Assembly: GCA_965228855.1 (NCBI GenBank)
Contig: CBDDIJ010000003.1
Coordinates: forward strand, 2,240,001-2,304,000
Direction of reading: 5' to 3'
DNA from: Candidatus Obscuribacterales bacterium
GTDB lineage: Bacteria > Cyanobacteriota > Vampirovibrionia > Obscuribacterales > Obscuribacteraceae
DNA: 64,000 nucleotides
The notes beneath the pieces were generated by a model. It had not been told where the DNA came from. It was given only the letters and a program-made list of their open reading frames with translations, and made no database searches. The position numbers and the translations under genes were made by a program. Within the stretch, counting starts at the first letter, position 1. Each line of letters opens with the position of its first letter. This document shows positions 39,800 through 50,543 of this stretch, in pieces.

Positions 39800-41413
39800 C
39801 TACACCAAAAGGCGTTTCAAAACTTTGCCCGTCGAATTACGCGGCAGAGCATCTCGAAGTTCAACAATCTTTGGCACCTTATATGGTGCCAACACCTGCG
39901 AACAAAACTCTTTGACTTCGTCCTCAGTCAAACGAATTCCTGGTCTCGGCACCACGACCGCCTTGACGCGCTCGCCCATGAATTTGTCGGGAACTCCGAT
40001 GACAGCAACTTCGAAAACTGTTTCCATGCGCATAATTGCAGTTTCAACCTCGCGCGGATAGACGTTCTGTCCACCCCGGATGATCATTTCTTTCGTGCGT
40101 CCACTTATGTACAGATAACCGTCTTCGTCGAAATATCCAAGATCGCCTGTCAGAAACAAACCATCCTTGAGGCATTCGGCACTTGCTTCGGGCTGTTTGT
40201 AATAACCCTGCATTACGTTGGGGCCTTTGATGGCAACCTGACCGATACTATCCTTGCCTGCCGGCAGAGGCCGCAAGTTAGCATCTACTACGACAAGTTG
40301 GATGCCTGGAACTTTCGGTCCGACGGAACCAAACTTTCTGGGTCCTCGAAGCGGCGTCAGCGTCGCAATACACGTTGTCTCAGTCAGCGCGTATCCTTCC
40401 AATACCGGAACGCCAAGTTGATCGTCAAGCCGCGTCAACAGTTCAGCTTCGAGCGGTGCCGCGCCACATAATCCATACCGAAGAGATGAAAGGTCGTAGG
40501 TATTTTTTTCAAGCTCAAGGGACAAAAATTGATACATCGCGGGCACAGCCGGCATGACAGTGACACCACGATTTTCAATCGTTTTCAAAACCACTTCTGG
40601 ATCGAATTTCTCGACGATCACCATTCCGCCACCCTGGCTTACCATGCCCAGCATGACGACAGTCAGTCCGTATATGTGACACAACGGTAAAACAGCAAGA
40701 ATTCGATCGGACGAGGTGAAATCCAGAATCGCGCGTTTCATCTCTATTGCAGCAATCAGATTTCCATGAGTCAGCATGGCACCTTTAGGTTTGCCAGTAG
40801 TTCCCGAGGTGTAAACCAGCACTGCAAGGTGCTCCTGGCTGATGCTCACTCCGTGGTCGGCAAGCTGCCTGGCAGCAGACGAAGATTCACTTTCGACTTT
40901 AGCGAGTGCTTCACGATCTAACGTGACTACGTACTTACCAGAAGTTTCCTCAATCCTTTTGTCACCCTTGTAGGACAGCGTGAAAATCACATCAAGCTCT
41001 CGAAGCCTTGGCAACGAAGCTTCCAACTCAGCGCACAAATGCTCGTGAAGGATGACACCCCTGGCTTCGGAGTCGCTGAGAATGTGGGCAATCTCGTCCG
41101 CTTTCAACAAAGGATTGATCGGAACTACGGTTGCTCCGGCGTGAACCACCGCAAAAAATGCTGCAATAAAGTCCGGGTGATTTGGAAAGAATACTCCGAC
41201 CTTGTCACCATATTTGATACCAGCTTCATGTAGAGATATCACAAGCGCTCGGACGCGCTGACCAAGTTCTCCGTAGTTGAGAACTTCATCTCCGAAGAAA
41301 ATCGCGGGTCCGGCAGATTGCGATTTGACTTGCTCGGTTAGAAGTCCGGCAATCCCAAAGGGAAAAGTTGAATCTGATACAGCTGCAGGCGCCATAGTCA
41401 CAGAGGTATCCAC
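39800..41413 (-). CDS. Long-chain-fatty-acid--CoA ligase (AMP-binding family)
   Basis: YTSGTTGKPKG, EGYALTE, TGDLG, GR.KEMIIRGG.NVYP and LPRNSTGK motifs. Confidence 0.92.
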   Translation of the reverse strand: MDTSVTMAPAAVSDSTFPFGIAGLLTEQVKSQSAGPAIFFGDEVLNYGELGQRVRALVISLHEAGIKYGDKVGVFFPNHPDFIAAFFAVVHAGATVVPINPLLKADEIAHILSDSEARGVILHEHLCAELEASLPRLRELDVIFTLSYKGDKRIEETSGKYVVTLDREALAKVESESSSAARQLADHGVSISQEHLAVLVYTSGTTGKPKGAMLTHGNLIAAIEMKRAILDFTSSDRILAVLPLCHIYGLTVVMLGMVSQGGGMVIVEKFDPEVVLKTIENRGVTVMPAVPAMYQFLSLELEKNTYDLSSLRYGLCGAAPLEAELLTRLDDQLGVPVLEGYALTETTCIATLTPLRGPRKFGSVGPKVPGIQLVVVDANLRPLPAGKDSIGQVAIKGPNVMQGYYKQPEASAECLKDGLFLTGDLGYFDEDGYLYISGRTKEMIIRGGQNVYPREVETAIMRMETVFEVAVIGVPDKFMGERVKAVVVPRPGIRLTEDEVKEFCSQVLAPYKVPKIVELRDALPRNSTGKVLKRLLV

Positions 41414-41607
41414 GAAGAGATCTCCACTAACGAACCAACCGAGAGAAGAGTGTAGAACATTTAGTTATATAGCTTGTTAATGCTTCTTAACGAAAACAAA
41501 ACCGGAAAGCGTCAGGACAGTTCGGGGTTTTAGAAATGAATGAGCCATATTTTCCGATCGCATGAAGACGCAGATGGTAAGTCGCACTTGGGAACAAGAC
41601 CTGTTGT

Positions 41608-43953
41608 CTAACGCGACAGGGATACGCGCTCCTTACGTCCGGCGTGCTCGAAGTAATATTCGCGTTGCGGCGCGATGTACCCGAAATTAACCAGGTCGCT
41701 TTTGAACTCGCCGTTCTCCCACCTTAAAAGCCACTCGTTGTAACCATCTTCCTCGTACTCGAAACTGATTCCATCATCGTCAAGGTACAAACCGATAGCC
41801 TTATCTCCCCAGATTCTGAAGGTGATCGGCGTCAATTCGTACTCATCAGTAGATTGAATTTGATCGACAAAAGGAATGATCGCACCATCTCGAACAAATG
41901 CCGGAATATCATCAAGGTCGAACGAAACCTTGTGCAGACGCCCACCTTCGAGTGCCTTGCCTCCATCGAACGGATGCCAGAGACCTTCAGGGAGATAAAC
42001 GCTGCGCTCTGCCTGTCCGCGCTTGAGAACTGGTGTCACTAGAATATCTCGACCGAATAGAAACTGATCGTCGATCTCCGCAGCAAAATGATCGTCCGGA
42101 TAGTCCCAGATCATCGGACGAACAATCGGTGCTCCTGTGCGCACGTGCTCCCAGAACAACGCACGAATATAAGGAAGCAGACGATATCGCGTTTCAACAA
42201 AGTGCCGAATCGCGTCTTCAACCCGCGGGCTGAAGGCCCACGGCTCTTGCTCCGCTCCGGCTTTGGAACAGTGGTTCCGGAAAAACGGATAAAACATTCC
42301 GACTGCATACCAGCGAGCAAGGAGTTCCGGCGAACAATCATCACCGAATCCACCAACATCGACTCCGCAAAACGGAACACCGCTCAAGCCCACGTTTAAC
42401 AACATCGGAACTGAAATTGCCAGATGCTCCCACCACGACATATTGTCCCCGAGCCAGACAGCGGCATAGCGCTGAATACCGGCGTAACCGGAGCGAGTTA
42501 AAACGAAAGGTCTCTCGTCCGGACGCAATGCCCGCAGCCCTTCGTAAGTGGCGCGACTCATTTGGGCTCCATAGAGATTGCGAACCTCGAAGTGCCCGAC
42601 GTCACCTTCCGGACTGTGTTGAATAAATAATTGATGATGTTCTTTGGGCAACTCAATCGCTTCAAGAGGAAGAGGACATCCTTGTCCCAGAAGACATGGT
42701 TCGTTCATGTCATTCCAAATTCCGTTCACCCCATTTTCAATGAAGAAGCCGTGAAGAGCCGCCCACCAGAGACGAACGTCCTGGCGCAGGAAGTCCGGAA
42801 ACACACTTTGTCCTGGCCATACCTTTCCATAAAACGGTTTACCATCGGCCTTCTTACAGAAGTAATCGTGCTTACGCCCATCGTTGTAAACGAAATACTT
42901 TGCGTCTTTTTTCACGCCAGGATCAACGATAGTCACGACGCGAAAATTCATGTCCTGCAATCTGGCTACCGTGTCCCTGAAGTTCGGAAATCTCTCCGGC
43001 GATGTAGTGAAGACCCGGTATTCGTCCATATAATCGATGTCGAGTGTGATGACGTCGCAAGGGATTTTGCGAGCACGAAACTCCTGTGCAACTTCAAGCA
43101 CCGTTTTATCATCCGGATAACTCCAGCGCGATTGATGATGTCCAAGCGACCAGGTCGGCGGAAGTTTCGACCGTCCGGTCAACGCGGTGTACGATGCCAG
43201 CAAGTCCGGCAGCGAAGCGTTTAAAAACATATACAGCGTCCATCCCCGCCGCGAAAGCAGCTCGACGCTTGCGCTTTCAGCCAATTCAACATCGAGGGAC
43301 CAACGCTGACGCGCAGGCGAATCCAGGAAAATTCCGTGGTATCGCCCCTGGTGCCGGATAATTAAAAACGGAATGGACTTGTACATCGGATCAAAGTTGG
43401 GAACATGCGTGCTGTCTCCGTAATTGAACAGAGTATGTACGCGCCCCCTCAAATTGAATCCGGAAAGCCGCTCACCAAGACCAAAACATTTCGCCTCTGC
43501 GGGCAGATTGAAGTAAAAATGCCAGCGACATTCCGAAGACTGTTGCCATTCCAGATTGAACGGCAATTTCTCTTCTAAGCTCTTTCTCCAGGACAGCGAC
43601 TCTTCCACATCACCGTCGCCAAGTTGCGCCGTCGCGGTCTCTTCCAAAAGTGCAAATGATACCGGCGCGGCTTCAGCACCTCTGGGCCACGCACAAATTC
43701 TGGTTACAGGAACGCCCTGAACTTCAGTGGTGTCCGACGTCCACCCCCCAGCGAAGACATTTTCGGGGCGCTTTTCTTCTCGACCTCTCGTCTTGATCTT
43801 GCGCGCTTCCAACCAATCAGTGGGTGACTCTAGCTGTTTCAATTGACACTCTCCGACGCAAAACAGGTCATGACTCATCGGCAAACAGACGCAGTGCCGC
43901 AGACTTTCATGACAACCGCGCGCGGAAACGCACGCACCTGATAAGTTTATCAC
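41608..43953 (-). CDS. Glycoside hydrolase family 31 alpha-glucosidase
   Basis: FGLGE, YKSIPF, QSRWSY, LDIDYM, WNDMNEP nucleophile, W.GDN and PFFRNH motifs; true start probably downstream of 43953. Confidence 0.92.
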   Translation of the reverse strand: MINLSGACVSARGCHESLRHCVCLPMSHDLFCVGECQLKQLESPTDWLEARKIKTRGREEKRPENVFAGGWTSDTTEVQGVPVTRICAWPRGAEAAPVSFALLEETATAQLGDGDVEESLSWRKSLEEKLPFNLEWQQSSECRWHFYFNLPAEAKCFGLGERLSGFNLRGRVHTLFNYGDSTHVPNFDPMYKSIPFLIIRHQGRYHGIFLDSPARQRWSLDVELAESASVELLSRRGWTLYMFLNASLPDLLASYTALTGRSKLPPTWSLGHHQSRWSYPDDKTVLEVAQEFRARKIPCDVITLDIDYMDEYRVFTTSPERFPNFRDTVARLQDMNFRVVTIVDPGVKKDAKYFVYNDGRKHDYFCKKADGKPFYGKVWPGQSVFPDFLRQDVRLWWAALHGFFIENGVNGIWNDMNEPCLLGQGCPLPLEAIELPKEHHQLFIQHSPEGDVGHFEVRNLYGAQMSRATYEGLRALRPDERPFVLTRSGYAGIQRYAAVWLGDNMSWWEHLAISVPMLLNVGLSGVPFCGVDVGGFGDDCSPELLARWYAVGMFYPFFRNHCSKAGAEQEPWAFSPRVEDAIRHFVETRYRLLPYIRALFWEHVRTGAPIVRPMIWDYPDDHFAAEIDDQFLFGRDILVTPVLKRGQAERSVYLPEGLWHPFDGGKALEGGRLHKVSFDLDDIPAFVRDGAIIPFVDQIQSTDEYELTPITFRIWGDKAIGLYLDDDGISFEYEEDGYNEWLLRWENGEFKSDLVNFGYIAPQREYYFEHAGRKERVSLSR

Positions 43954-44085
43954 CGAGACGATTTTTTAATTCACCCAGAGACTACTTTGGATCTCACTTC
44001 CAATTAGATTTTGCGTTTGCGCTAAGTGCGTCACTAATGAATCGTTCCGCAACGGTTGCAAAAAGAGTCGCGCAGCTGAGCAAAT

Positions 44086-45879
44086 CTATTGAGTTACTTT
44101 CTTCAGCTCGTCAAGACGCTTTTGAACTTCGTCCACCCGCTTGTCCTCTTTAGAGGTTCCATCCACAAATCGAGTCCAAGCCTGAATCGCGCCAGCCGTG
44201 TCGTTTGTTTTTTCAAGCGCCTGTCCGAGTACATAGTAGTATTCAGTCTCACGAGCTCCCAATTCCAGTGCCTCGCGATAAGCCGCATGAGCGGCGTGTT
44301 CATCCTTATTCGCCATGAGCAGATTGCCAAGGTTCACGAGCGCATCGAAAGAGTGTTCGTCAAGAAACACTGCTTCCTGAGCTTCCGAGATAGCTTGTTT
44401 CAATTTCCCCTGTTTAACGAGCACGTCACTCATTCTGACCCGAAGACCAGCGTCACCGGGATAGAGTGTAACCGCATGAGTAAGCAATTCAGAAGCTCGA
44501 TCGTACTGCTCAGATTCCTGAGCAGCATTTGCCAGGTTATCAATCGCACTCAAGTTCTTATCATTCAATCTGTAAGCCTCTTGCCACTCTTCGGTGGAAT
44601 TTTGTCCGAGGCGATCCTGCGTTCTTGCAACCCATGAGTGATAGCTGCTGACGAATGGAGATACTTTGGTAGCTTCTTTGTATTCAGCAAGCGCATTCTC
44701 ATGCTCGCCTTTAAACTGCAATAGCCGTCCTAATAGATAATGCCCAGCTCCAAAGCTGGGATTTTCCTTCAGGTGTTCACGAACGGTAGCGATCATAGAT
44801 TCGACCGAGCCTTTGAATTCTTCAGAAATCGAACTCGGCGATGTTGAATCTTCAAGCTTGCGCAATGGAGCCGACGAGTCAGACCAGCCCTCGAGTTTCG
44901 CTCGATTAGCACGATGTTGATCCAGCAACTCCTGCCCCTTCGAGTAAATCTCCTGCCCTTTGAGATACAGAGCGATTTCTTCCGGAAGTTTGGAAACAGG
45001 ATCTTCTGCTTTCACGCTCAAGTTGATCGCTGAAGTGTTATTTTTAGACAACATAATCGGTGTTTGAACCTTACACCCGGCACAATCCTTCGCAGTGTCA
45101 TATACGGTGTCATTACGAATTTTATTGAAGAGATCGCTGATGGAACCCTCTTCCTTACCAATAGTAAGATCCTCAGCAAAATTGTCAGAGAAATAGGTAC
45201 CCCAAGTAGGCTGCCCCGGCTTGCTCGAGCAGAGCACCGTGAAGTTGTCACCGATATCATTATGGTGAATCGAGACATTGTATCTGCCGAACGCAGTCTT
45301 TAGACCCGCCATCATCTCCGGTGCACCGCTGAATGATGTTTGAAAAACCATCACGATATCCTTGGCTTGAACATTCGTTTTCACCACATGGATAATATCG
45401 TCGACTGAAATCGCTGAGGTAAAGAAATTGGAAAGCCTTGTATCGTACGGCAGTAGGTAAACCTTTCCGTCACTTGATGGGAAGCATTGATTTGCAAAAA
45501 ACAAAACGACCAGATCAGACTTGCGACTCAACGTACCGAGCCACGGTTTTGACAGAGTAGAGAAAATCGCTTGCCTGGTGGCGTCGCGATTGACCATCAG
45601 GCGAACGTGATCTTTAGCGAATCCTTTTGCTTGCAAGGCATCACTGACTCGCTTGGCAGTTTCATCCAGCTGCAGCACCGTATTCAGTGCTGGGTCTTGA
45701 TGAGAGTCGATGCCGATAACCACAGCCCATTTGTCACCGTATTTGGTGAACTGTCCGGAGCGGGAACCGGAACTTTCCTTTTCCGACGCGGCGGAGGCCG
45801 GTGCGTTCACAACCAGATTACCGGCAGACAATACCAATAGCGATACCAGAGCAGGCCAGATTCGATTTTTCATTTTCAA
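44086..45879 (-). CDS. Secreted caspase-like (peptidase C14) domain + TPR protein, catalytic dyad apparently lost
   Basis: KWAVVIGID, AT.QAI, D.VVLFFANQ (usually FAGHG), YLLPYDT, FQTSFSG (usually DACHSG), QTP; C-terminal TPRs. Confidence 0.8.
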   Translation of the reverse strand: MKMKNRIWPALVSLLVLSAGNLVVNAPASAASEKESSGSRSGQFTKYGDKWAVVIGIDSHQDPALNTVLQLDETAKRVSDALQAKGFAKDHVRLMVNRDATRQAIFSTLSKPWLGTLSRKSDLVVLFFANQCFPSSDGKVYLLPYDTRLSNFFTSAISVDDIIHVVKTNVQAKDIVMVFQTSFSGAPEMMAGLKTAFGRYNVSIHHNDIGDNFTVLCSSKPGQPTWGTYFSDNFAEDLTIGKEEGSISDLFNKIRNDTVYDTAKDCAGCKVQTPIMLSKNNTSAINLSVKAEDPVSKLPEEIALYLKGQEIYSKGQELLDQHRANRAKLEGWSDSSAPLRKLEDSTSPSSISEEFKGSVESMIATVREHLKENPSFGAGHYLLGRLLQFKGEHENALAEYKEATKVSPFVSSYHSWVARTQDRLGQNSTEEWQEAYRLNDKNLSAIDNLANAAQESEQYDRASELLTHAVTLYPGDAGLRVRMSDVLVKQGKLKQAISEAQEAVFLDEHSFDALVNLGNLLMANKDEHAAHAAYREALELGARETEYYYVLGQALEKTNDTAGAIQAWTRFVDGTSKEDKRVDEVQKRLDELKKVTQ

Positions 45880-45885
45880 CTAATT

Positions 45886-46662
45886 TTATTGAAGTATTTT
45901 CTTGAGTCCGTCGGTTACGTTGTTTTCAGCGTAACCGATCGTATAGGTTACCACTTCTCCGTCAGTATTGAGGAAAACAACCGTCGGAATTGGGCTCACT
46001 TCATATTGATCCACGAGCTTCTCGTTCTTGGGATCGTCGATGTCGACTTTCATGATTGAGATCTTGTCGCCATACTCTAGCTTTGCCTTATCGAGCGCCT
46101 TGTCCATGCTGCGACACGGTTGGCACCAGGCCGCGTAAAAATCAATGACCGTTGGGCGCGGCTCATCACCATCGCCACGCATTCTGGAGATTCCGAACAT
46201 TGAGGCGAGCATTCGTGTATCCGAGCCTGTACGCGGTTTCATCAAATCTCTCGGCAATTTCATCATTAAAGCATTAGCTTTCTGCGAGAACGCGTTGCCT
46301 TTACCTACCCGCACTGCCGTCCTCAGATAACGCGCTGCCGTTTTTGCGTCTCCGGCTTTGAGACTTGCTTCACCTGCAAGATATTGCCCCTCAGCACTCT
46401 GCGGATTGGTTTTCAAATAGGCTTCGATTGCGGTTAACGCCTTCTTCGCATTACCTTTGGCGAGATCGGCTCTGGCCGCCGCAAAGGGAGAGGGTTTGGC
46501 GGAAGTAGCCGGCTTAGCACTTGCCGTCCCGGTCTTCGCGCCTTTAGTCATCGCACTCGGACTTACGGCGCCAGCACCGGCGTATGCGCCGGCGGCTGCA
46601 ACCAGGACCAACGACGATATCGCTGCGGCCTGCAACTTGTCGCGTCGTGTTGAAGATTTCAT
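45886..46662 (-). CDS. Exported TPR + thioredoxin domain protein
   Basis: Signal peptide, TPR-like helices, DFYAAWCQPC and IPT cis-Pro loop. Confidence 0.88.
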   Translation of the reverse strand: MKSSTRRDKLQAAAISSLVLVAAAGAYAGAGAVSPSAMTKGAKTGTASAKPATSAKPSPFAAARADLAKGNAKKALTAIEAYLKTNPQSAEGQYLAGEASLKAGDAKTAARYLRTAVRVGKGNAFSQKANALMMKLPRDLMKPRTGSDTRMLASMFGISRMRGDGDEPRPTVIDFYAAWCQPCRSMDKALDKAKLEYGDKISIMKVDIDDPKNEKLVDQYEVSPIPTVVFLNTDGEVVTYTIGYAENNVTDGLKKILQ

Positions 46663-46684
46663 ACAATAACCTCTCTTGCCGAGT

Positions 46685-47941
46685 CTATTTTAGCTCGCTT
46701 GTTCCGCCAGTGACCTTGTTCGCGTGCTCGTCAGATTGAGCATCAGCACGCTTTTCAGATTGCTCTTCAGTTTTCTTGCCAGTCGATTCTTCAATTGCTT
46801 TTCCGGGCTCCTGCTCGGTCTGCTTCTCAACTGTTTTTTCTGCTTTCTCCTCACCTTGCGCCTCCACCGAAGCCGGTTTTGGCAAGCGCGCCGTGATCCA
46901 GGAATCAACCGTAGCGATTTCCTGATCTGTAAACTGGTTTTCCTCGAAAATTAGGTGCTCCGCTTTCGGAATTAAAACAATTTGACGATCAGCGGTACTC
47001 AAGTGGTTGAAGAGCTCCACAGTCCCCTCCGGTCGCACTAGCTTATCCTGACACCCCTGCACGATCAGGACAGATGTTTTCACAATATTCTTTGCGCAAT
47101 CGTGGTTTCCATTCATAAAGTTCTGAAACTGCAAAAGCTCTTTCGGCGACATCTTCACTCTGGCAAGCGGATCCTCGAGCCAGGCTTTGCGAACTTCTTC
47201 TTTTTGAGTAGCTTGCGTAACTACACCTTCGCCAATATTGATCTCTTTGTTCTTATTGCTCAGATAGGACAACGCCACTTTCAGACTTGTTTTCGCCTGA
47301 TTGAAACGATCGCCTGCCGGAACCGATGAAATCAAACCGTCGACCAGTTCGGGGTAGAGCGATGTCACACGCAAAGCTATAGCACCGCCCATCGATTCGC
47401 CGAGGAGGAAAACCGGCACGCCTGGATGCGCTCGACGCACAACTTTCAAAGTGGTACGGACATCATTCAAACAAAGATCGAAGTCGACCTTTTCCTGACC
47501 CTTGTTCTCCATCCAGGCGCCGAAACCACGAACATCAATCGCATAAACCGCATAGCCCATGTCTGCCATGCGCTTTCCAAACGGCTCGTAAGTTCCGTTG
47601 TGCAAACCCAGACCGTGGACGCATACCAGCACTGCTTGTATCGGCTTGTCACGATTCACCCAAGCTAAGCATGGAGCTGTCCCGCGCACCGCAGATTTGC
47701 TTTTCTGCGATTTGCCTTTACCGCGCACCACCACTTGCTTCTTGCCAGGTTTTGATTTACCAATGTCGCCTTGCTGAGCATTTGGCTCAACGCTCCCGGC
47801 AGGGCGGGCATAAACGCTCGCGTCAAGTGACGTGGCAAAAGCCAGCAACAGCGTCAGAGCTTGAATGGGTCGAGTCAGTTTCACAAAAAATGCCATGTCT
47901 ATCGACAGCAGGCGGACGTTTTGACCTTCCGTATGGACCAT
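46685..47941 (-). CDS. Alpha/beta hydrolase (lysophospholipase/monoacylglycerol lipase-like)
   Basis: VHGLG, D.RGFG, GESMGG nucleophile elbow, QG..D.LV and H motifs; acidic low-complexity tail. Confidence 0.88.
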   Translation of the reverse strand: MVHTEGQNVRLLSIDMAFFVKLTRPIQALTLLLAFATSLDASVYARPAGSVEPNAQQGDIGKSKPGKKQVVVRGKGKSQKSKSAVRGTAPCLAWVNRDKPIQAVLVCVHGLGLHNGTYEPFGKRMADMGYAVYAIDVRGFGAWMENKGQEKVDFDLCLNDVRTTLKVVRRAHPGVPVFLLGESMGGAIALRVTSLYPELVDGLISSVPAGDRFNQAKTSLKVALSYLSNKNKEINIGEGVVTQATQKEEVRKAWLEDPLARVKMSPKELLQFQNFMNGNHDCAKNIVKTSVLIVQGCQDKLVRPEGTVELFNHLSTADRQIVLIPKAEHLIFEENQFTDQEIATVDSWITARLPKPASVEAQGEEKAEKTVEKQTEQEPGKAIEESTGKKTEEQSEKRADAQSDEHANKVTGGTSELK

Positions 47942-48228
47942 GATAGCGAACGCTGCTTGAAATCGCTGAAATCAGGTGTTTTTGTTAACCTCTCAGCCGG
48001 GATTTTTACAGTGCTCGACCAATGGGCGAAAGGTTCGATTTCGATTAGTGAGAACTTATTTAAGGGACGGCAGATTTGTTTGCTTCGGAATTGCCCTTCC
48101 TGAGCCACGTTCGCTCGCTTGCTTTCAGTGAAGCCTGCCGCATATACGAAAACTGATACAGGCTTAAATCGGAAATCCTTTATTGATTAAGGACAATATA
48201 GTCACTATCGGAAAATAGAAGATTACCA

Positions 48229-49608
48229 TTGACCGCAAGTCCTGACAGACCGAGGAACGCGCGTAACACTGGCAGCAGTGTCGATACATCGTTGCGCGCG
48301 GTTGAAGCGCTAACAGTCGTCCAGACACAGGACGTCGCACTGGAGATGCCTTCAGATCGAACAGTCGAGAGAAAGCGTACCGGTGCTCGAGACCGGATTC
48401 AAAAGCTCTCGTTTCTTAACCTTTCATCTTTCGTTGCCACAACAACCGCGGATATTTTCTCAATTCTCGCAGTCTCACCGTTTGTGTTATTTACGGGTCC
48501 GGATCAAACCGATACCGCATTCGGTATCATTGTTCCCGTCACGATTCTCTGCTTGGCACCGTTGATCGGCGCAACTCTCGCGGCAAAACTTCAGCCTTCG
48601 TTCCTGGCTCTATCTTCATGCGGAGCTCGCCTGGTCATAGCGTCTTCACTTTTCGGGAACCTTGGTGGAGTGCAGATGACCGCCAACACAATTTTTTTAA
48701 GTATCGCGTTTATCTGGGGACTTCGCCTTCAGGAAGTATCCGCATCTCCATTGGACAAGACAAAAACAGGAAGAATTTTTCTTTACACATACCCGCTTCT
48801 GGCACTATTGGCGGTGCTCAAATTTTTTGAGCAACTGCAGCCATCATTCATGCCGACTGCATTATCTCTTTATGCGGTCGGTTTAGTTTTACTGGGATTG
48901 GATCAAATTATCGCGCGGATAAGAACCACGGGTAATACCGTACAGAATGATCTGAGCAATCAATCTGATACAACTGCAGATGCCGAAAATAACAAAACAG
49001 TCCAGACGGCAGGGAAGAAAGCGTTCACCACAGAGGTGTACGAAGTATTGCTTTCAGTCATGGCAGCCGTTCTACCGGTGGCTTCCGTGATTCTAGTGAT
49101 AACAGATCAGGGACTTCCGGCACCAATGCTCCGATACGACGTGCTAGCCAGTCTCGCCGGTTTCAGTATCGGAGCCGTGGCAACAGCGATAATAAGTCAA
49201 AAGTACTGGTTTAAAATTACGCATTTGCACATGGCATTTGTTGGTTTTCTGGGCATCCTTCTAATTTCGCGGACCTCGATTCTTGCTTTATCCGCTCTGC
49301 TTTTCACAAGCGTCATCGCAGGTGCCATCACTATGACCGTGAACCAAACGCGGTGGCAAAAGCCAGTGACACTATCATTGCTCGTGCTGGCTGCCTATTT
49401 TTCATATCTCTATCTCACACCTTTTCAGAGCACGTGGATGCCAATCCACGCACTGCGAATGCTGGTTGGAAACATGCTAATTGTTTCAGTCGCTGCGTTA
49501 TTCGTCTCGACCAGGGGACGAGCCACTATTATCGCTCTGGTCAGGAAGATATCGCGCGCGAAAAACAGTGGTGGCGCATTCAATACCAGCTCCGACCGGG
49601 GCATTTGA
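48229..49608 (+). CDS. Polytopic membrane protein (MFS-like topology, divergent)
   Basis: About 12 hydrophobic segments in two blocks separated by a hydrophilic loop. Confidence 0.65.
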   Translation: MTASPDRPRNARNTGSSVDTSLRAVEALTVVQTQDVALEMPSDRTVERKRTGARDRIQKLSFLNLSSFVATTTADIFSILAVSPFVLFTGPDQTDTAFGIIVPVTILCLAPLIGATLAAKLQPSFLALSSCGARLVIASSLFGNLGGVQMTANTIFLSIAFIWGLRLQEVSASPLDKTKTGRIFLYTYPLLALLAVLKFFEQLQPSFMPTALSLYAVGLVLLGLDQIIARIRTTGNTVQNDLSNQSDTTADAENNKTVQTAGKKAFTTEVYEVLLSVMAAVLPVASVILVITDQGLPAPMLRYDVLASLAGFSIGAVATAIISQKYWFKITHLHMAFVGFLGILLISRTSILALSALLFTSVIAGAITMTVNQTRWQKPVTLSLLVLAAYFSYLYLTPFQSTWMPIHALRMLVGNMLIVSVAALFVSTRGRATIIALVRKISRAKNSGGAFNTSSDRGI

Positions 49609-49610
49609 CA

Positions 49611-50375
49611 ATGAGTTCGGAAGTCCTCAACAACACTACTTTCATCCTGGTGAGACCGGAGTATCTGGGTAACATAGGTTCTACCTGCAGAGTGATGAAA
49701 AATTTTGGATTTACGGATCTTCGGCTGGTCAATCCGCCTCGCAACTACAAAGACGCTGAGGCTCGCCAAATGGCTGTCGGCGCTTTTGATGTTTTGAAAA
49801 ATGCGGTGGTCTACGAACAACTAGAAGATGCAATCGCCGACATCAACATGACAGTTTCAACCTCCTCCGGTCGTCGCCGGAGCCGACCGCTCGAAAATCT
49901 CGCAGACATCGTCGACGACCTTGCCGTCAAAGCTGAGTCGAACAAAATTGCGTTTGTGTTTGGTAATGAGCGCAACGGTTTATTAGATGAAGAGGTTTCG
50001 CTTTGCAACAGAAGGATGCGAATTGAATCTTCTGAGATTTATCCTTCTCTGAATCTGGCGCAGTCGGTCGGAATAATTGCATACAGTTTGGCAACAACAA
50101 CGGCAAAACATATTGACCAACCGTCCGCTAAAAAAACGGTGATCGAGTTGCCGAACTCGGCAGAACTAAAGGAACTTATCGACCAGCTAGACCTGCTACT
50201 TGGCAATATTGAATTTTCGCGTTCGTATAACAAGCGACTGATACTCCAAGAACTGAAGGATGGAATTGACCGCATGACGCCCAGCCGGCGCGAAGCGGCG
50301 ATACTGAAGGGAGCGCTCTTCCGGCTCAACGGCAAGTTAAAATCAACGTCAAATAGCTCAGGAGAAGAGACGTAA
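49611..50375 (+). CDS. trmJ: SPOUT tRNA/rRNA 2'-O-methyltransferase, TrmJ/LasT family
   Basis: LVRPEYLGNIGS..RVMKNFG, FVFGNERNGL and YPSLNLAQSV motifs; likely start ATG 49611. Confidence 0.88.
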   Translation: MSSEVLNNTTFILVRPEYLGNIGSTCRVMKNFGFTDLRLVNPPRNYKDAEARQMAVGAFDVLKNAVVYEQLEDAIADINMTVSTSSGRRRSRPLENLADIVDDLAVKAESNKIAFVFGNERNGLLDEEVSLCNRRMRIESSEIYPSLNLAQSVGIIAYSLATTTAKHIDQPSAKKTVIELPNSAELKELIDQLDLLLGNIEFSRSYNKRLILQELKDGIDRMTPSRREAAILKGALFRLNGKLKSTSNSSGEET

Positions 50376-50543
50376 AGGATTTAACATCGAAATCATCGAT
50401 AGAGTCGGCAATCTGATTTTATTCGGGTAAAAAAAGAAGCAAACAGAACAACTGGTCGATTTTTAGGATACTATTTTTAGCTGGGGAAAACGGCTCTCAC
50501 TTCGGCAAGTTTTGAGAGCCAATCAGAAGAGGCACGGCTTTAC

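Noticed and set aside
49353..49610. N-terminal extension of the TrmJ ORF
   Set aside because: Overlaps the upstream membrane-protein gene; homology begins at ATG 49611
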